DNA of 60,000 nucleotides from Planctomycetaceae bacterium (GCA_002723275.1 PBNZ01000002.1:1-60000); one strand, 5' to 3'; numbered from the stretch's first letter, positions 1 through 18,365 are shown. Notes: a model not told the origin generated them from the letters alone. Program-made: numbers and translations.

Positions 1-261
1 GCAGCCGGTGCCGGTGGTGCTGGTGGCGATGGCGGTGCTGCTGAAGAGCAGACTGAATTTGACGTCGTTCTCACCGGTTTCGGTGACAAAAAGATCGGCG
101 TGATCAAAGAAGTCCGCGGCATCACGGGCCTCGGTCTCAAAGAAGCCAAGGAAGTCGTGGAAGGCGTGCCCAGCAAAGTGAAGGAAGGCGTCTCCAAGGA
201 AGAGGCCGAAGAGGCCAAGAAAAAGCTGGAAGAGGCCGGAGCCTCTGTAGAAATCAAGTAG
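1..261 (+). CDS. rplL: 50S ribosomal protein L7/L12, C-terminal 86 codons (gene starts upstream of window)
   Basis: Frame-1 translation ...[58 protein letters not shown] is the conserved L7/L12 C-terminal domain. Stop TAG at 259-261. Upstream of rpoB as expected. Confidence 0.9.
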   Translation, partial: AAGAGGAGGDGGAAEEQTEFDVVLTGFGDKKIGVIKEVRGITGLGLKEAKEVVEGVPSKVKEGVSKEEAEEAKKKLEEAGASVEIK

Positions 262-566
262 CTCGCTTTGTTTTCCCTGTCACCTTTCGTCGATCGGTCC
301 GTTACGGATGCGATCGGCAGGTTGGATCGGCTTGATTCTCGCGTTTCTGTCGGTTCGCTGGTTGTCTCGGCCAGGCTGGTTACGGTCCAAGCTTGGTAGA
401 AGGCGTGTTGCGCGCCAAGTTTGCTTTGCGTCGCACTCGCACCCTGAAAACTCCAGCACCACAAAACGCTTGATTGTTTTCATTGTCGCCACTCGAGATT
501 CGAGCGGATCCTGTTTATCTTGCGTTAGCAGCTGAAACTCTCAGTTCCAAAGGAGTATCTGCACGT

Positions 567-4286
<3,720 letters not shown>

Positions 4287-4388
4287 CCGACGCTTTGACA
4301 GGCCACGAACAAGTAGCTTGTCGCACTGGATGCGATTTACACGTATATGACACCACCCATGGTGAACCCGATATAGGAGCACAGGCAG

Positions 4389-8861
<4,473 letters not shown>

Positions 8862-8971
8862 GTTGGTCTACCCTTGTGGAAGTCGTTCCGCGGTCGGACA
8901 GCGGAGCGACTAACGTGCAACTGAGTTTGCACACTAACAATTGTTCGGTTTGCGGGATTTAGAGGAAAAAA

Positions 8972-8989
8972 GCGGTTCGATGAAACCGC
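8972..8989 (-). terminator. hairpin GCGGTT-cgatga-AACCGC, preceded on + strand by A-run (8965-8971); reads as stem plus T-run on the minus strand
   Basis: Perfect 6-bp inverted repeat with a 6-nt loop. A7 lies upstream on + (T7 downstream on -). No T-run follows on the + strand. Sits ~110 nt after the rpoC stop. Confidence 0.25.
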
Positions 8990-9019
8990 CTCGTCAAGCC
9001 ACAAACCACGAAGCCAGCC

Positions 9020-9058
9020 TTGACGCCACTTTTCAAATTGGTAACTTGGAAGGCTTCC
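9020..9058 (+). promoter_or_regulatory. TTGACG -35-like hexamer followed by palindrome GGAAGGCTTCC upstream of rpsL; -10 not convincingly identified
   Basis: TTGACG at 9020-9025. GGAAG-G-CTTCC palindrome at 9048-9058, ~35 nt before the rpsL ATG. The same motif pair recurs upstream of rpsJ. Confidence 0.25.
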
Positions 9059-9092
9059 CTTAAGGTAAATCGTCCAATTAAAGGCGCTTTCG

Positions 9093-9461
9093 ATGCCCAC
9101 GATTAATCAACTCGTTCGCCGCAAGCGAAAGTCAAAGCGAAGTCAGACCAAGGCTCCCGTTCTGGACAAGTGCCCTCAGAAACGTGGCGTTTGTTTGCAG
9201 GTGCGTACGATGACGCCGAAGAAGCCGAACTCGGCTCTTCGAAAGATCACGCGTGTGCGTCTCTCGAACGGGAAGGAAGTTACCGTTTACATTCCGGGTG
9301 AAGGCCACAGCCTCCAAGAACACTCCATCGTGTTGATTCGTGGCGGTCGTGTTCGCGACCTTCCCGGTGTTCGTTATCAGGTCGTGCGAGGTGCATTAGA
9401 CACGCTCGGTGTCGACGGTCGTAAGCGATCTCGCAGTCGCTACGGTGCCAAGAAGTCCTAA
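9093..9461 (+). CDS. rpsL: 30S ribosomal protein S12
   Basis: [52 protein letters not shown]... is canonical S12. ATG at 9093. Confidence 0.97.
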   Translation: MPTINQLVRRKRKSKRSQTKAPVLDKCPQKRGVCLQVRTMTPKKPNSALRKITRVRLSNGKEVTVYIPGEGHSLQEHSIVLIRGGRVRDLPGVRYQVVRGALDTLGVDGRKRSRSRYGAKKS

Positions 9462-9484
9462 TAGATTTGGAATAAGACAAAAAG

Positions 9485-9955
9485 ATGGGAAAGATCACTG
9501 CCAGTCGCAGTCAGCTCAAGGGCGACCCACGACACAATTCTATGCTCGTCAGCAAGTTCGTGAACTGCCTGATGTGGGACGGCAAAAAGTCAATCGCGCT
9601 GAAGGTCTTCTACGATTCTCTTGATATCGTGAAGGAGAAGATCCCGAACGAAGAATCGATTGACGTTTTCAACCAAGCGTTGGAAAACATTAAGCCGCAG
9701 ATCGAGGTTCGCAGTAAGCGTGTGGGTGGTGCCGCCTATCAAGTCCCCATGCAGGTGAACAAGAATCGACAGCAATCACTGGCCATTCGCTGGCTCTTGA
9801 TGGCTGTTCGCGAAAAGAAGGGACGTCCGACGGCTCAAAAACTGGCCGACGAAGTACTCTCCGCTTACAAACGTGAAGGCGCAGCCATGACTCGTCGTGA
9901 AAACGTTCACCGAATGGCCGAAGCCAACAAAGCGTTCGCTCACTTCGCTTGGTAA
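9485..9955 (+). CDS. rpsG: 30S ribosomal protein S7
   Basis: 156-aa ORF, canonical S7 sequence, directly downstream of rpsL. Confidence 0.97.
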   Translation: MGKITASRSQLKGDPRHNSMLVSKFVNCLMWDGKKSIALKVFYDSLDIVKEKIPNEESIDVFNQALENIKPQIEVRSKRVGGAAYQVPMQVNKNRQQSLAIRWLLMAVREKKGRPTAQKLADEVLSAYKREGAAMTRRENVHRMAEANKAFAHFAW

Positions 9956-10046
9956 GAAAAGAGAACACCAAAATGCCGTGGCAGGTGCTCTGCACCGCAC
10001 GGCGTTTCTTATGCGCGGAGCGCCCCAACAGGAAGAAGAAGCTGAA

Positions 10047-12125
10047 ATGTCGCGTCGCCTCCAGGATCTACGAAACATCGGCATCATCGCCCATATCGAT
10101 GCCGGCAAGACAACCGTCACCGAGCGAATGCTCTACTGCAGCGGAACCACTCACCGCGTTGGAATGGTCGATAAGGGAACGACCGAGACTGACTTTGACG
10201 AGGAAGAACAGCAACGCGGCATCACCATTTACTCCGCCTGCGTCACCTTCGACTGGCAAAATGTCCACGTCAACCTGATCGATACGCCAGGCCACGTGGA
10301 TTTTACGGCGGAAGTTGAGCGATGCTTGCGGATCCTCGATGGCGGCGTCGTGGTCTTCAGTGCTCGCGAAGGCGTCGAAGCCCAAAGCGAAACCGTTTGG
10401 CGACAAGCCGACAAATACAAGGTGCCTCGCATCGCTTTCATCAACAAGATGGATCGGGAGGGTGCGAGCTTCAACGGCACGCTGGACGAGATGCGCGATC
10501 GGCTATCGGCGAATCCCGTCGTGCTGCAGATCCCAGTCGGCGAAGGACCTCCGCATGTCGACAACGCCTTTCGCGGTGTGATCGATCTGCTGGAAATGAA
10601 AATGCTGACCTTCGCCGACCAAGGCGAAAAGGTCGAGAAGAGCGAGATTCCTGCGGAGCTTGCCGACGATGCGGAACTGGCTCGACAAGAGTTACTCGAA
10701 GAACTTTCGAAGCACAGCGATGAGCTCATCGAGTTGCTACTCGAAGAAGAAACCTCCATTCCCACAAAACTCCTGCGCGACATCATCCGCGACGCCACGC
10801 TCCAACAGTTGATCCAACCCATTCTCTGCGGCTCCGCACTCGATGGAATCGGCATCCCTCCCCTGCTCGATGCGGTCGCCTGGTACTTGCCGAGTCCGGA
10901 GGATATGCCACCGGTCGAAGGCAGTTCCGTCCGCAAGAAAAAAGAGGAAACCGAGTCTCGAAAGCCTGATCCGAAGGAGCCCTTCTGCGGCCTGGTCTTC
11001 AAGGTGATCCCGGCCAAAACCGCCGATCTCTCCTGGATCCGCGTCTATTCAGGTCAGCTCAAGGCAAATACTCGCGTCTACAACCCCGGCAAAGACAAAA
11101 AGGAAAACATCGCACAGCTATGGCGGATGCAAGCATCCCGGCGCGAACAAGTGGATGCGGTGGAGACCGGAGACATTGTGGGCATCATCGGCCTGCGGAA
11201 TTCGATCACCGGAGATACGCTGTGCGATTCGAAAGATCCGATCCTGCTCGAATCGATTGAGTTCCCGGAAACGGTGATGTCGATGGCGATTGAGCCGGAA
11301 ACGACCGCAGAACGAAAAAAACTCGCCGATACGCTGGATCTGATGCGTCGGCAAGACCCGACCTTTCGGGCTCTGGAAAACGAAGATACGGGACAAACCT
11401 TGATCAGCGGCATGGGCGAGTTGCATTTAGAGGTCATCCGAAATCGGCTGCTGCGAGATTTCAATCTCAACGTCAAAGTGCACAAGCCACGCGTCAGTTA
11501 CCGAGAAACCGTGCAGAATGCGGTGGAAGCTGAAGGGAGCTGTCACCGCAACCTAGGCGGACAACAGCTGTTCGCCGAAATGAAGATTCGCATGGAACCG
11601 CATCAGAACAGCGAAAGCGGGGTGATGGTCACCAGTCGCTGCAGCCCCGAGGATCTTCCGGGCGAACTGCTGGGAGTCGCCATCGACGAATTGCGAGCCC
11701 GGGGCGAAGGCGGTGGAATCCTAGGCGGATTTCCCCTGATGGGCCTCAAGGCCACCATTCTCTCGGCAAAAAACAACGAGTACACCAACGAAATTGCCGT
11801 TCGCATTGCGGCAGGCGAAGCCTTCGAGGCAGGTTTACGGGAAGCCGGGCCGCTGCTCATGGAACCCGTGATGAAGCTCGATATCATGACCCCCGAGGAA
11901 CATTTGGGAGATTTTGTGGGTGATCTCCAGCAACGGCGGGCGATTATCAATCGAACGGACAACCGAGGAAAAAACGCGGTCATCGAGGCCCAAGCCCCGT
12001 TGGCGGAGCTTTTTGGGTATTCCAGTGCCATGCGAAGCCTTAGTAAAGGGCTGGCTGGCTGCTCCATGGAACCCCTTGAATATGCACCCGCTCCCCCGGA
12101 AGTCGCTAAACAATTCGGTCTGTGA
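10047..12125 (+). CDS. fusA: translation elongation factor G
   Basis: ORF 9897..12125 overlaps rpsG. The internal ATG at 10047 (M51, preceded by AGGAAGAAGAAG) gives MSRRLQDLRNIGIIAHIDAGKTT..., the standard EF-G N-terminus with G1-G4 motifs (AHIDAGKTT, DTPGHVDF, NKMD). Confidence 0.95.
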   Translation: MSRRLQDLRNIGIIAHIDAGKTTVTERMLYCSGTTHRVGMVDKGTTETDFDEEEQQRGITIYSACVTFDWQNVHVNLIDTPGHVDFTAEVERCLRILDGGVVVFSAREGVEAQSETVWRQADKYKVPRIAFINKMDREGASFNGTLDEMRDRLSANPVVLQIPVGEGPPHVDNAFRGVIDLLEMKMLTFADQGEKVEKSEIPAELADDAELARQELLEELSKHSDELIELLLEEETSIPTKLLRDIIRDATLQQLIQPILCGSALDGIGIPPLLDAVAWYLPSPEDMPPVEGSSVRKKKEETESRKPDPKEPFCGLVFKVIPAKTADLSWIRVYSGQLKANTRVYNPGKDKKENIAQLWRMQASRREQVDAVETGDIVGIIGLRNSITGDTLCDSKDPILLESIEFPETVMSMAIEPETTAERKKLADTLDLMRRQDPTFRALENEDTGQTLISGMGELHLEVIRNRLLRDFNLNVKVHKPRVSYRETVQNAVEAEGSCHRNLGGQQLFAEMKIRMEPHQNSESGVMVTSRCSPEDLPGELLGVAIDELRARGEGGGILGGFPLMGLKATILSAKNNEYTNEIAVRIAAGEAFEAGLREAGPLLMEPVMKLDIMTPEEHLGDFVGDLQQRRAIINRTDNRGKNAVIEAQAPLAELFGYSSAMRSLSKGLAGCSMEPLEYAPAPPEVAKQFGL

Positions 12126-12299
12126 CGGGTAAACCGGCCGCCGAGGCTTCTCCAACGAGCACAAGACTCCTAATTTGAGATGCCGTTTCGTGAGTCCTAC
12201 CACAACTCGTGTATGACTCCCCCGAAAGCCCAGCTCTGACTCACCCGAAAAGTCGACCCTTGCGGAGAAAATCAGAGCTTTTGTTTTCTCGACTAGGTG

Positions 12300-12339
12300 T
12301 TGACGGAAGCTTGCACCATCTCTAAATTGGGTAGCTTCC
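12300..12339 (+). promoter_or_regulatory. candidate sigma70-type promoter of S10 operon: -35 TTGACG (12300-12305), 17-nt spacer, -10 TAAATT (12323-12328), flanked by 7-bp inverted repeat GGAAGCT/AGCTTCC (12304-12310 / 12333-12339)
   Basis: Hexamers read directly with 17-bp spacing. Lies ~100 nt upstream of the rpsJ start in a 300-bp intergenic region. Confidence 0.35.
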
Positions 12340-12430
12340 CCGTGAGTCATTTGGACACGCGGGGACGTTATCGCAACGAATCGATCCTTGATATCTAGTT
12401 GGCTGGATTATTTCAGCGGGAGTTGAGTTC

Positions 12431-12757
12431 GTGGTCACACCGGCACACGAGGTCATTCGAATTCGAATGGAAGCCTACGATCACCTGATCCTTGATCAGA
12501 GTGCACGAGACATCGTGGAAACTGCAAAACGCACCAATTCGGAGGTTCACGGACCCATTCCGCTGCCTACTCGCATCGAGCGTTACACGGTTCTCTCTGG
12601 GCCCCACGTCGATAAGAAGGCCAGACAACAGTTTGAGATACGTACGCACAAGCGAGTCATCGACATTGTTCAGGCGACGGCGAAGACCATCGAAGCCTTG
12701 AACAAGCTGAGCCTACCGGCTGGTGTTGATATCAAGATTAAGGCGTCCACCAAATAG
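12431..12757 (+). CDS. rpsJ: 30S ribosomal protein S10 (GTG start)
   Basis: [79 protein letters not shown] is canonical S10. Confidence 0.95.
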   Translation: MVTPAHEVIRIRMEAYDHLILDQSARDIVETAKRTNSEVHGPIPLPTRIERYTVLSGPHVDKKARQQFEIRTHKRVIDIVQATAKTIEALNKLSLPAGVDIKIKASTK

Positions 12758-12874
12758 CGTGACGGCCGTGGGCCGCAACCTTTAGGTAATATCTCTATGA
12801 CTTGGAAGCCCGGCGGGTAATCGCGGATCCATTCCGCTGATCCTGCTCGGCAACAACCGCAGGGAAAAAGAACG

Positions 12875-13564
12875 ATGGGCAAGGGAATTCTTGGCCGTAA
12901 GGTCGGTATGACCCAGATCTACGACGAAAAAGGGAACATTGTCCCGGTTACCGTGATTCAAGCGGGCCCGTGTCACGTTCTGCAACTGCGGACGGTTGAA
13001 AAGGATGGCTACGATGCTGTCCAGATCGGCTATGAAGACAAGCCGCGACGTCTCGCCTCTCGCAGCGAGCGAGGCCAGGTTGGAAGCCTGTCGAGCAAGC
13101 GATCGAAAAAGCTGGCAACCGCTGGCGTCGACGTTGCCTCCCGAGCGGATTGTGAGCCCAAGCGTTTTGTCCGCGAATTGCGCGGCTCCACCGATGGTTA
13201 TGAGATCGGACAGGAGCTCAATGTCGACGCCTTGGCAGAGGTTAAATCGGTCGACATCACCGGCACCAGCAAGGGTCGCGGTTACGCGGGTGTGATGAAG
13301 CGTCACAACTTCGCGGGCCAGCGAGCCACTCACGGTGTTAAAAAGGTACATCGCCACGCGGGCGGTACCGGCTGTAGTGCAGCTCCGAGCCGCGTCTTCA
13401 AAGGGCGTCGCATGTCCGGTCAATACGGAAACGCTCGAGTAACCACTCGCAATCTGAAGGTCGTCAATGTGGACGCCGAGAATCACCTGCTCATCGTTCG
13501 CGGTGCGATTCCTGGCCCCAACGGCGGTCTGGTTGTCGTCGAAGAAACAAACAAACTGGGTTAA
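12875..13564 (+). CDS. rplC: 50S ribosomal protein L3
   Basis: MGKGILGRKVGMTQIYDEKGNIVPVTVIQAGPC... is canonical L3. Confidence 0.96.
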   Translation: MGKGILGRKVGMTQIYDEKGNIVPVTVIQAGPCHVLQLRTVEKDGYDAVQIGYEDKPRRLASRSERGQVGSLSSKRSKKLATAGVDVASRADCEPKRFVRELRGSTDGYEIGQELNVDALAEVKSVDITGTSKGRGYAGVMKRHNFAGQRATHGVKKVHRHAGGTGCSAAPSRVFKGRRMSGQYGNARVTTRNLKVVNVDAENHLLIVRGAIPGPNGGLVVVEETNKLG

Positions 13565-13599
13565 AGCGTAGACCCCTGAAATACTAGGCAGAAACAGTC

Positions 13600-14247
13600 A
13601 TGGCAAGCTTGACGGTATTCGATCGACAAGGCAAAGAAGTCGGTAAGTACGAGATCGAACCGACGGAATTGGCGCCCAAGATCAATAAACAGCTCCTGCA
13701 TGACGCAGTCGTCATGTACCAGGCCAATCTACGCCTGGGGACGAGCGCTACGAAGTCACGTGCTGAAGTCGCCGGATCGACGAAAAAGATGTACCGCCAA
13801 AAGGGTACGGGTAACGCCCGAGCTGGATCGCGACGCAGTGGCGTACGCCGAGGTGGTGGACACATCTTTGCCAAGCGACCTCGCGATTACTCGTACCGCT
13901 TGCCTCGCAAGGCGATTCAACTGGCGACACGGATGGCGATCGCTTCGAAGATTCGCGATGACGAGATGGTTGTTGTCGACGACCTGAGTTTTGATGCTCC
14001 GGCCACGAAGGACATGGCCGCCGTCTTGAAAGCTCTCGGACTTCAAGGGGTAAGTACCTTGATTGCGACGGCCGACCATGACGTCAACGTTTACAAGAGT
14101 GCCAGAAACATTGATCGCGTTGAGATTTCGCCGGTGTCGGATCTGAATGCCCTGAATGTCCTCAAGCCACATCGGATGTTGGTGACTCGTCAGGCATTGG
14201 ATGCGATCAAGAGTCGTGCGGCCAACACGAATGGTTCGAGCGAGTAG
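13600..14247 (+). CDS. rplD: 50S ribosomal protein L4
   Basis: 215-aa ORF with L4 motifs (KKMYRQKGTGNARAGSRRSG), in the S10-operon position. Confidence 0.95.
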   Translation: MASLTVFDRQGKEVGKYEIEPTELAPKINKQLLHDAVVMYQANLRLGTSATKSRAEVAGSTKKMYRQKGTGNARAGSRRSGVRRGGGHIFAKRPRDYSYRLPRKAIQLATRMAIASKIRDDEMVVVDDLSFDAPATKDMAAVLKALGLQGVSTLIATADHDVNVYKSARNIDRVEISPVSDLNALNVLKPHRMLVTRQALDAIKSRAANTNGSSE

Positions 14248-14287
14248 ATCAGCAAGAGGGTCACGGTCCTAGCAGGGATCAGTAATT

Positions 14288-14608
14288 ATGAAAACCAAGC
14301 AAAAACAACCCGCCAAATCCAAGATCAAGCTCGAGCCGCATCAGGTGGTGCTGCGACCTTTGGTGACTGAAAAGGGTATGCATCGCTCGACGCGGTACAA
14401 CCAGTATGCATTTGAGGTGAATCCGCTTTCTGACAAGGATGCGATTCGCGACGCCATACAAGACCTGTTCAATGTGACGGTCACGAAAGTGCGAACTCAA
14501 AACCGCAAGGGTAAGCCACGTCGTTATCGCTTTAAATACGGGATGACCAAGGCCTGGAAAAAGGCGATCGTGACTTTAGACTCCGACGACCGGATCGAAT
14601 TCTTCTAA
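14288..14608 (+). CDS. rplW: 50S ribosomal protein L23
   Basis: 106-aa ORF, L23-like (VLRPLVTEKGM...YAFEVNPLSDKDAIRDAIQDLFNVTV). Confidence 0.93.
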   Translation: MKTKQKQPAKSKIKLEPHQVVLRPLVTEKGMHRSTRYNQYAFEVNPLSDKDAIRDAIQDLFNVTVTKVRTQNRKGKPRRYRFKYGMTKAWKKAIVTLDSDDRIEFF

Positions 14609-14647
14609 ACCAGGACAGCATCGCATAACGAGTCGAAAGACGAACCC

Positions 14648-15502
14648 ATGGGCATTCGCAAATACAAGCCGACTACTGCCGGACGTCGCAACGCAAGCGT
14701 CAGCGATTTTGCCGATCTCACCGAAGGTGCGGCTCCGGAAAAGAAATTGCTCCGTCCGCTCCGCAAAAAGGGTGGTCGCAACAATCAGGGCAAGATCACG
14801 GTACGACACCGTGGTGGTGGACACAAACGACGTTATCGCATGATCGACTTCACTCGCGGGAAGGACGGAGTTCCGGCGAAGGTTGCATCGATTCAATACG
14901 ATCCCAACCGCAGTGCACGTATCGCTTTGCTGCACTATGTGGATGGCGACAAACGATACATTCTGGCTCCGGATGGACTTAAAGAAGGTGATCGCGTGGA
15001 AAGCGGCCCCGAGGCACCGCCCTCGGTCGGCAACTGCTTGCCGCTGAAGCGCATCCCACTGGGCACGACGTTGCATAACATCGAGATGCAGCCTGGCCGC
15101 GGTGGCGTGATCTGTCGTAGTGCGGGTGTCGGTGCAACGCTGATGGCTCGTGAAGCGGATTGGGCACAGATCAATCTGCCGAGTGGTGAAATTCGCCGTG
15201 TTCCATCACAGTGTCGAGCGACCATTGGAAAGGTCGGCAATTCGGACCACATGAACATTGTGTTGGGGAAAGCAGGCCGGAAACGCTGGTTGGGGCGACG
15301 CCCCCACGTACGTGGTACGGCGATGAACCCGATCGACCATCCGCATGGTGGTGGTGAAGGTCGCACCAAGGGTGGTCGTCACCCGGTAAGTCCGACGGGT
15401 GTACCGGCAAAAGGTGGCGGTACTCGTAAACGTCGAAAACCGTCGAATGCCGCAATCGTCCGCCGACGTCGTTCACGCCGTTATGGCCAATTGAAGAAAT
15501 AG
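14648..15502 (+). CDS. rplB: 50S ribosomal protein L2
   Basis: 284-aa ORF with L2 signature ([15 protein letters not shown]; [18 protein letters not shown]). Confidence 0.97.
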   Translation: MGIRKYKPTTAGRRNASVSDFADLTEGAAPEKKLLRPLRKKGGRNNQGKITVRHRGGGHKRRYRMIDFTRGKDGVPAKVASIQYDPNRSARIALLHYVDGDKRYILAPDGLKEGDRVESGPEAPPSVGNCLPLKRIPLGTTLHNIEMQPGRGGVICRSAGVGATLMAREADWAQINLPSGEIRRVPSQCRATIGKVGNSDHMNIVLGKAGRKRWLGRRPHVRGTAMNPIDHPHGGGEGRTKGGRHPVSPTGVPAKGGGTRKRRKPSNAAIVRRRRSRRYGQLKK

Positions 15503-15514
15503 GGTTGAGCTGAC

Positions 15515-15784
15515 ATGGGAAGATCCCTCAAAAAAGGACCGTTTGTCGATCTCAAGCTGTACGGCAAAGTGCAGTCCCAGCAGGAATCCGGTACTGCCGA
15601 GCCCATCAAGACATGGGCTCGAGCCTGTACAATCGTGCCGGAGTTCGTGGGTGTTACGTTCCTGGTACACAATGGCAAACAACATATGAAAGTCTTCGTG
15701 ACCGAAGACATGGTGGGACACAAGCTGGGTGAGTTTGCTCCCACACGAACATTTCGCGGTCATGGTGGCAAGGGTAAGCGTTAG
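15515..15784 (+). CDS. rpsS: 30S ribosomal protein S19
   Basis: [19 protein letters not shown]...[16 protein letters not shown] is canonical S19. Confidence 0.96.
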   Translation: MGRSLKKGPFVDLKLYGKVQSQQESGTAEPIKTWARACTIVPEFVGVTFLVHNGKQHMKVFVTEDMVGHKLGEFAPTRTFRGHGGKGKR

Positions 15785-15832
15785 GCAACCGATGTCCCGC
15801 TGGATACCGCCCGCGGACACAGGAGTTCATTG

Positions 15833-16186
15833 ATGCCATACAAATCAAGTTATCGCTACGCACGAATCAGTGCCCGCAAGGTACGGCCGCTGGCCGATTT
15901 GATTCGCGGCAAGTTTGCCGACGAAGCGCTTGAGATACTGCGTTTCCAACCACATCGCGGTGCACGCATGTTGGAGAAGGTGCTCAAGAGTGCCTTGGGA
16001 AGTGCTCAAGATCCAGACAACCCCCAGAATAAAGGTCGTACCGTCGACGTCGATTCATTAGTGGTCAGCGATGCCCATGTCGACGGTGGCCCGATGTTCA
16101 AGCGAATCCGACCCCGTGCTCGCGGCATGGCATTTATGATTCGCAAGCGTTTTTCACACATCCACGTGACGCTCGAGGAAATGTAA
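15833..16186 (+). CDS. rplV: 50S ribosomal protein L22
   Basis: ORF 15830 begins with TTG. The ATG at 15833 is preceded by CAGGAG. MPYKSSYRYARISARKVRPLADLIRGK is L22. Confidence 0.93.
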   Translation: MPYKSSYRYARISARKVRPLADLIRGKFADEALEILRFQPHRGARMLEKVLKSALGSAQDPDNPQNKGRTVDVDSLVVSDAHVDGGPMFKRIRPRARGMAFMIRKRFSHIHVTLEEM

Positions 16187-16235
16187 AACTGATTGCGACC
16201 AACGGCTTGCCGTGTCGTTCGCAGGAGAAAAAACG

Positions 16236-16949
16236 ATGGGTCAGAAAGTCAATCCAGTTGGGTTTCGAACCGGCGTCATGGTGACGTGGAAGAGTCGATG
16301 GTATGCATCGAAGCAAGACTTCGCTTCACTATTGATTGAAGACCATAAGATCCGAGACTTCATCAAGAATCATCCCCAGAAATCGCAATATCGACATGCG
16401 GGGATCGACAAGATCGAGATCGAACGAACTCGAGACGAAGTCAAGGTCGTACTGCACGTAGCCCGTCCCGGTTTGATTATCGGAAAGAAGGGTCAGGAGA
16501 TTGAATTGCTGCAAAGCGAGTTGCAGGATTTGATCGGCCGACGTGTGAACTTGAAGATTGAAGAGATTTCGCGACCCGAGCTGCAAGCTCAACTGGTTGC
16601 CGAGGATATTGGCGAACAGTTGCGTAAGCGAGCGAGCTTCCGGCGTACCATCAAGCGTTCGATGGAACAAACGATGGAAGCGGGTGCGAAAGGGATCAAG
16701 ATACAACTTGCTGGACGTCTGGGCGGTGCGGAAATGGCGCGTCGCGAGAAGCAGATTTCCGGCTCGATTCCGCTGAGTACCTTGCGGGCAAAGATTGACT
16801 ATGGCTTTTACGAAGCCAAGACACCGCAGGGCCACATCGGAATTCAAGTTTGGGTGAATCAAGGCTTTTTTAGAGGGGATGAAGACGATGGCGATGATGC
16901 CGAAACGGGTCAAGCATCGCAAAAGCCAAAGAGGACGTATAAAAGGTAA
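16236..16949 (+). CDS. rpsC: 30S ribosomal protein S3
   Basis: ORF 16212 begins with GTG. The ATG at 16236 is preceded by CAGGAG and gives MGQKVNPVGFRTGV..., the canonical S3 N-terminus. The acidic C-terminal tail overlaps rplP. Confidence 0.95.
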   Translation: MGQKVNPVGFRTGVMVTWKSRWYASKQDFASLLIEDHKIRDFIKNHPQKSQYRHAGIDKIEIERTRDEVKVVLHVARPGLIIGKKGQEIELLQSELQDLIGRRVNLKIEEISRPELQAQLVAEDIGEQLRKRASFRRTIKRSMEQTMEAGAKGIKIQLAGRLGGAEMARREKQISGSIPLSTLRAKIDYGFYEAKTPQGHIGIQVWVNQGFFRGDEDDGDDAETGQASQKPKRTYKR

Positions 16950-17304
16950 CGCATCACGCGGTAACCGAGTCGTCTTTGGCGACTTCGGCCTGCAAGCGTT
17001 GCAAGGCGGTTGGATTAAGGCCCAGACCATTGAGGCGGGCCGCATTGCCGCTCAACAATACGTCCGTGGCGAGGGCCGGCTTTATGTGCGCCTATTCCCG
17101 CACAAGTCTGTTACCTCCACGCCTTTGGAAACGCGAATGGGTAAGGGTAAAGGTGAGCCTGATTTTTGGGCCGCCGTCGTGAAGCCAGGTACCGTGCTCT
17201 ACGAATTAGGTGGAGTCACGGAAGAGCAGGCTCGAGTTTGCTTTGCTCGATTGGCTCACAAGATGCCGATCCAGGTTCGCCTGGTGAGACGCCGTAGTGC
17301 ATAG
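16894..17304 (+). CDS. rplP: 50S ribosomal protein L16
   Basis: [18 protein letters not shown]...[12 protein letters not shown] is canonical L16. The start is ATG 16894 or 16897, which overlaps the rpsC 3' end by ~53 nt in a different frame. Confidence 0.93.
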   Translation: MMPKRVKHRKSQRGRIKGNASRGNRVVFGDFGLQALQGGWIKAQTIEAGRIAAQQYVRGEGRLYVRLFPHKSVTSTPLETRMGKGKGEPDFWAAVVKPGTVLYELGGVTEEQARVCFARLAHKMPIQVRLVRRRSA

Positions 17305-17354
17305 TGCACCGAGCGGGTGTTGAACGCCCGACAAATGTTATTGGGAGACAATCG

Positions 17355-17567
17355 ATGAGAGCTGCAGAACTTCGCGAAATGAGCGACGAACAGTTAGGGC
17401 TCACGCTGAAGGAAACGGCCGATAACTATTTCCGGCTACGCATTCAGGCTCAGACCGAACGTCTCGATGCACCGAGTGAGTTGCGTCGACATCGGCGGTT
17501 GATCGCTCGTGTGAAAACTATTCAGCGTCAACGGGAAATGGAACAGGCCAAGCAAGACGCCTCCTAA
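17355..17567 (+). CDS. rpmC: 50S ribosomal protein L29
   Basis: ORF 17304.. extends upstream. The ATG at 17355 is preceded by GGGAGA and gives MRAAELREMSDEQLGLTLKETADNYFRLRIQAQT, which is L29. Confidence 0.9.
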   Translation: MRAAELREMSDEQLGLTLKETADNYFRLRIQAQTERLDAPSELRRHRRLIARVKTIQRQREMEQAKQDAS

Positions 17568-17661
17568 GCGGAGCGTATTCGTTAAGAATCCACAGACATA
17601 ACCAGGCGTTGGATGAGTTGAGCAAGTTGCTCACACCTGCCGACGCGACAGGACGACAGAG

Positions 17662-17952
17662 ATGCCAAAACGAGTAGTCCAAGGTGTGGTCACCAGCGAC
17701 AACATGAGCAAGACTCGCCGAGTCGAGATCCCTCGCCTCGTGAAGCACGGAAAATACGGCAAGTACATTCGCCGTAAAACGGTTTGTTACGTGCATGACG
17801 AAGAAGAGCAATCTGGTGCGGGTGATACGGTAGAGATCATCGAATCGCGTCCGCTTTCCAAGCTGAAGCGTTGGAACTTGGTCAAGGTCGTTCGCAAGAG
17901 CACGGCAGTCGATGTAGTCGCGCTGCGAGCCGCTGCCAAGGAAGCCAAGTAA
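17662..17952 (+). CDS. rpsQ: 30S ribosomal protein S17
   Basis: 96-aa ORF, S17-like (RVVQGVVTSDNMSKTRRVEI...). Confidence 0.93.
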   Translation: MPKRVVQGVVTSDNMSKTRRVEIPRLVKHGKYGKYIRRKTVCYVHDEEEQSGAGDTVEIIESRPLSKLKRWNLVKVVRKSTAVDVVALRAAAKEAK

Positions 17953-17996
17953 TAAGTGAGATCGACATCGCTCCAAGAGCGAAACGAGGATAGGCC

Positions 17997-18365
17997 ATGA
18001 TTCAACAAGAAAGTCGCCTGGCGGTGGCAGACAATACCGGGGCCAAAGAGGTCAAGTGCATCAAAGTGCTTGGCGGTTCGCGGCGACGCTTTGCCAGAAT
18101 CGGTGACATTATCGTGTGCAGCGTGCGAAGCGTGATTCCCGGTAGCGACGTCAAGAAAAAGTCCGTCGTCCGAGCGGTCATCGTCCGTTGCAAACAGCCG
18201 ACCCGTCGAGCTGACGGAAGCTACATTCGCTTCGACAGTAACGCCGTTGTGCTCATTGACGCAGACAACAACCCCCGTGGAACTCGTATTTTCGGGGCAG
18301 TTGCACGAGAACTGCGTGAGCGAAATTTCATGAAGATTGTAAGCCTCGCGAATGAGGTGGTGTGA
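17997..18365 (+). CDS. rplN: 50S ribosomal protein L14
   Basis: [28 protein letters not shown]... is canonical L14. Confidence 0.97.
   Translation: MIQQESRLAVADNTGAKEVKCIKVLGGSRRRFARIGDIIVCSVRSVIPGSDVKKKSVVRAVIVRCKQPTRRADGSYIRFDSNAVVLIDADNNPRGTRIFGAVARELRERNFMKIVSLANEVV

Noticed and set aside
308-535. 75-aa + ORF in the rplL-rpoB spacer
   Set aside because: Arg/Ser-rich nonsense translation with no RBS. The spacer is the expected rplL-rpoB intergenic or attenuator region.
9897-10046. ORF-track N-terminal 50-aa extension of EF-G overlapping rpsG
   Set aside because: The extension is unconserved and overlaps S7 coding. The internal ATG at 10047 has an RBS and gives the canonical EF-G N-terminus.
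12265-12290. GAGAAAA...TTTTCTC inverted repeat after fusA as terminator
   Set aside because: AT-only 7-bp stem with a 12-nt loop. Too weak to call; more likely part of the S10 leader or promoter region.
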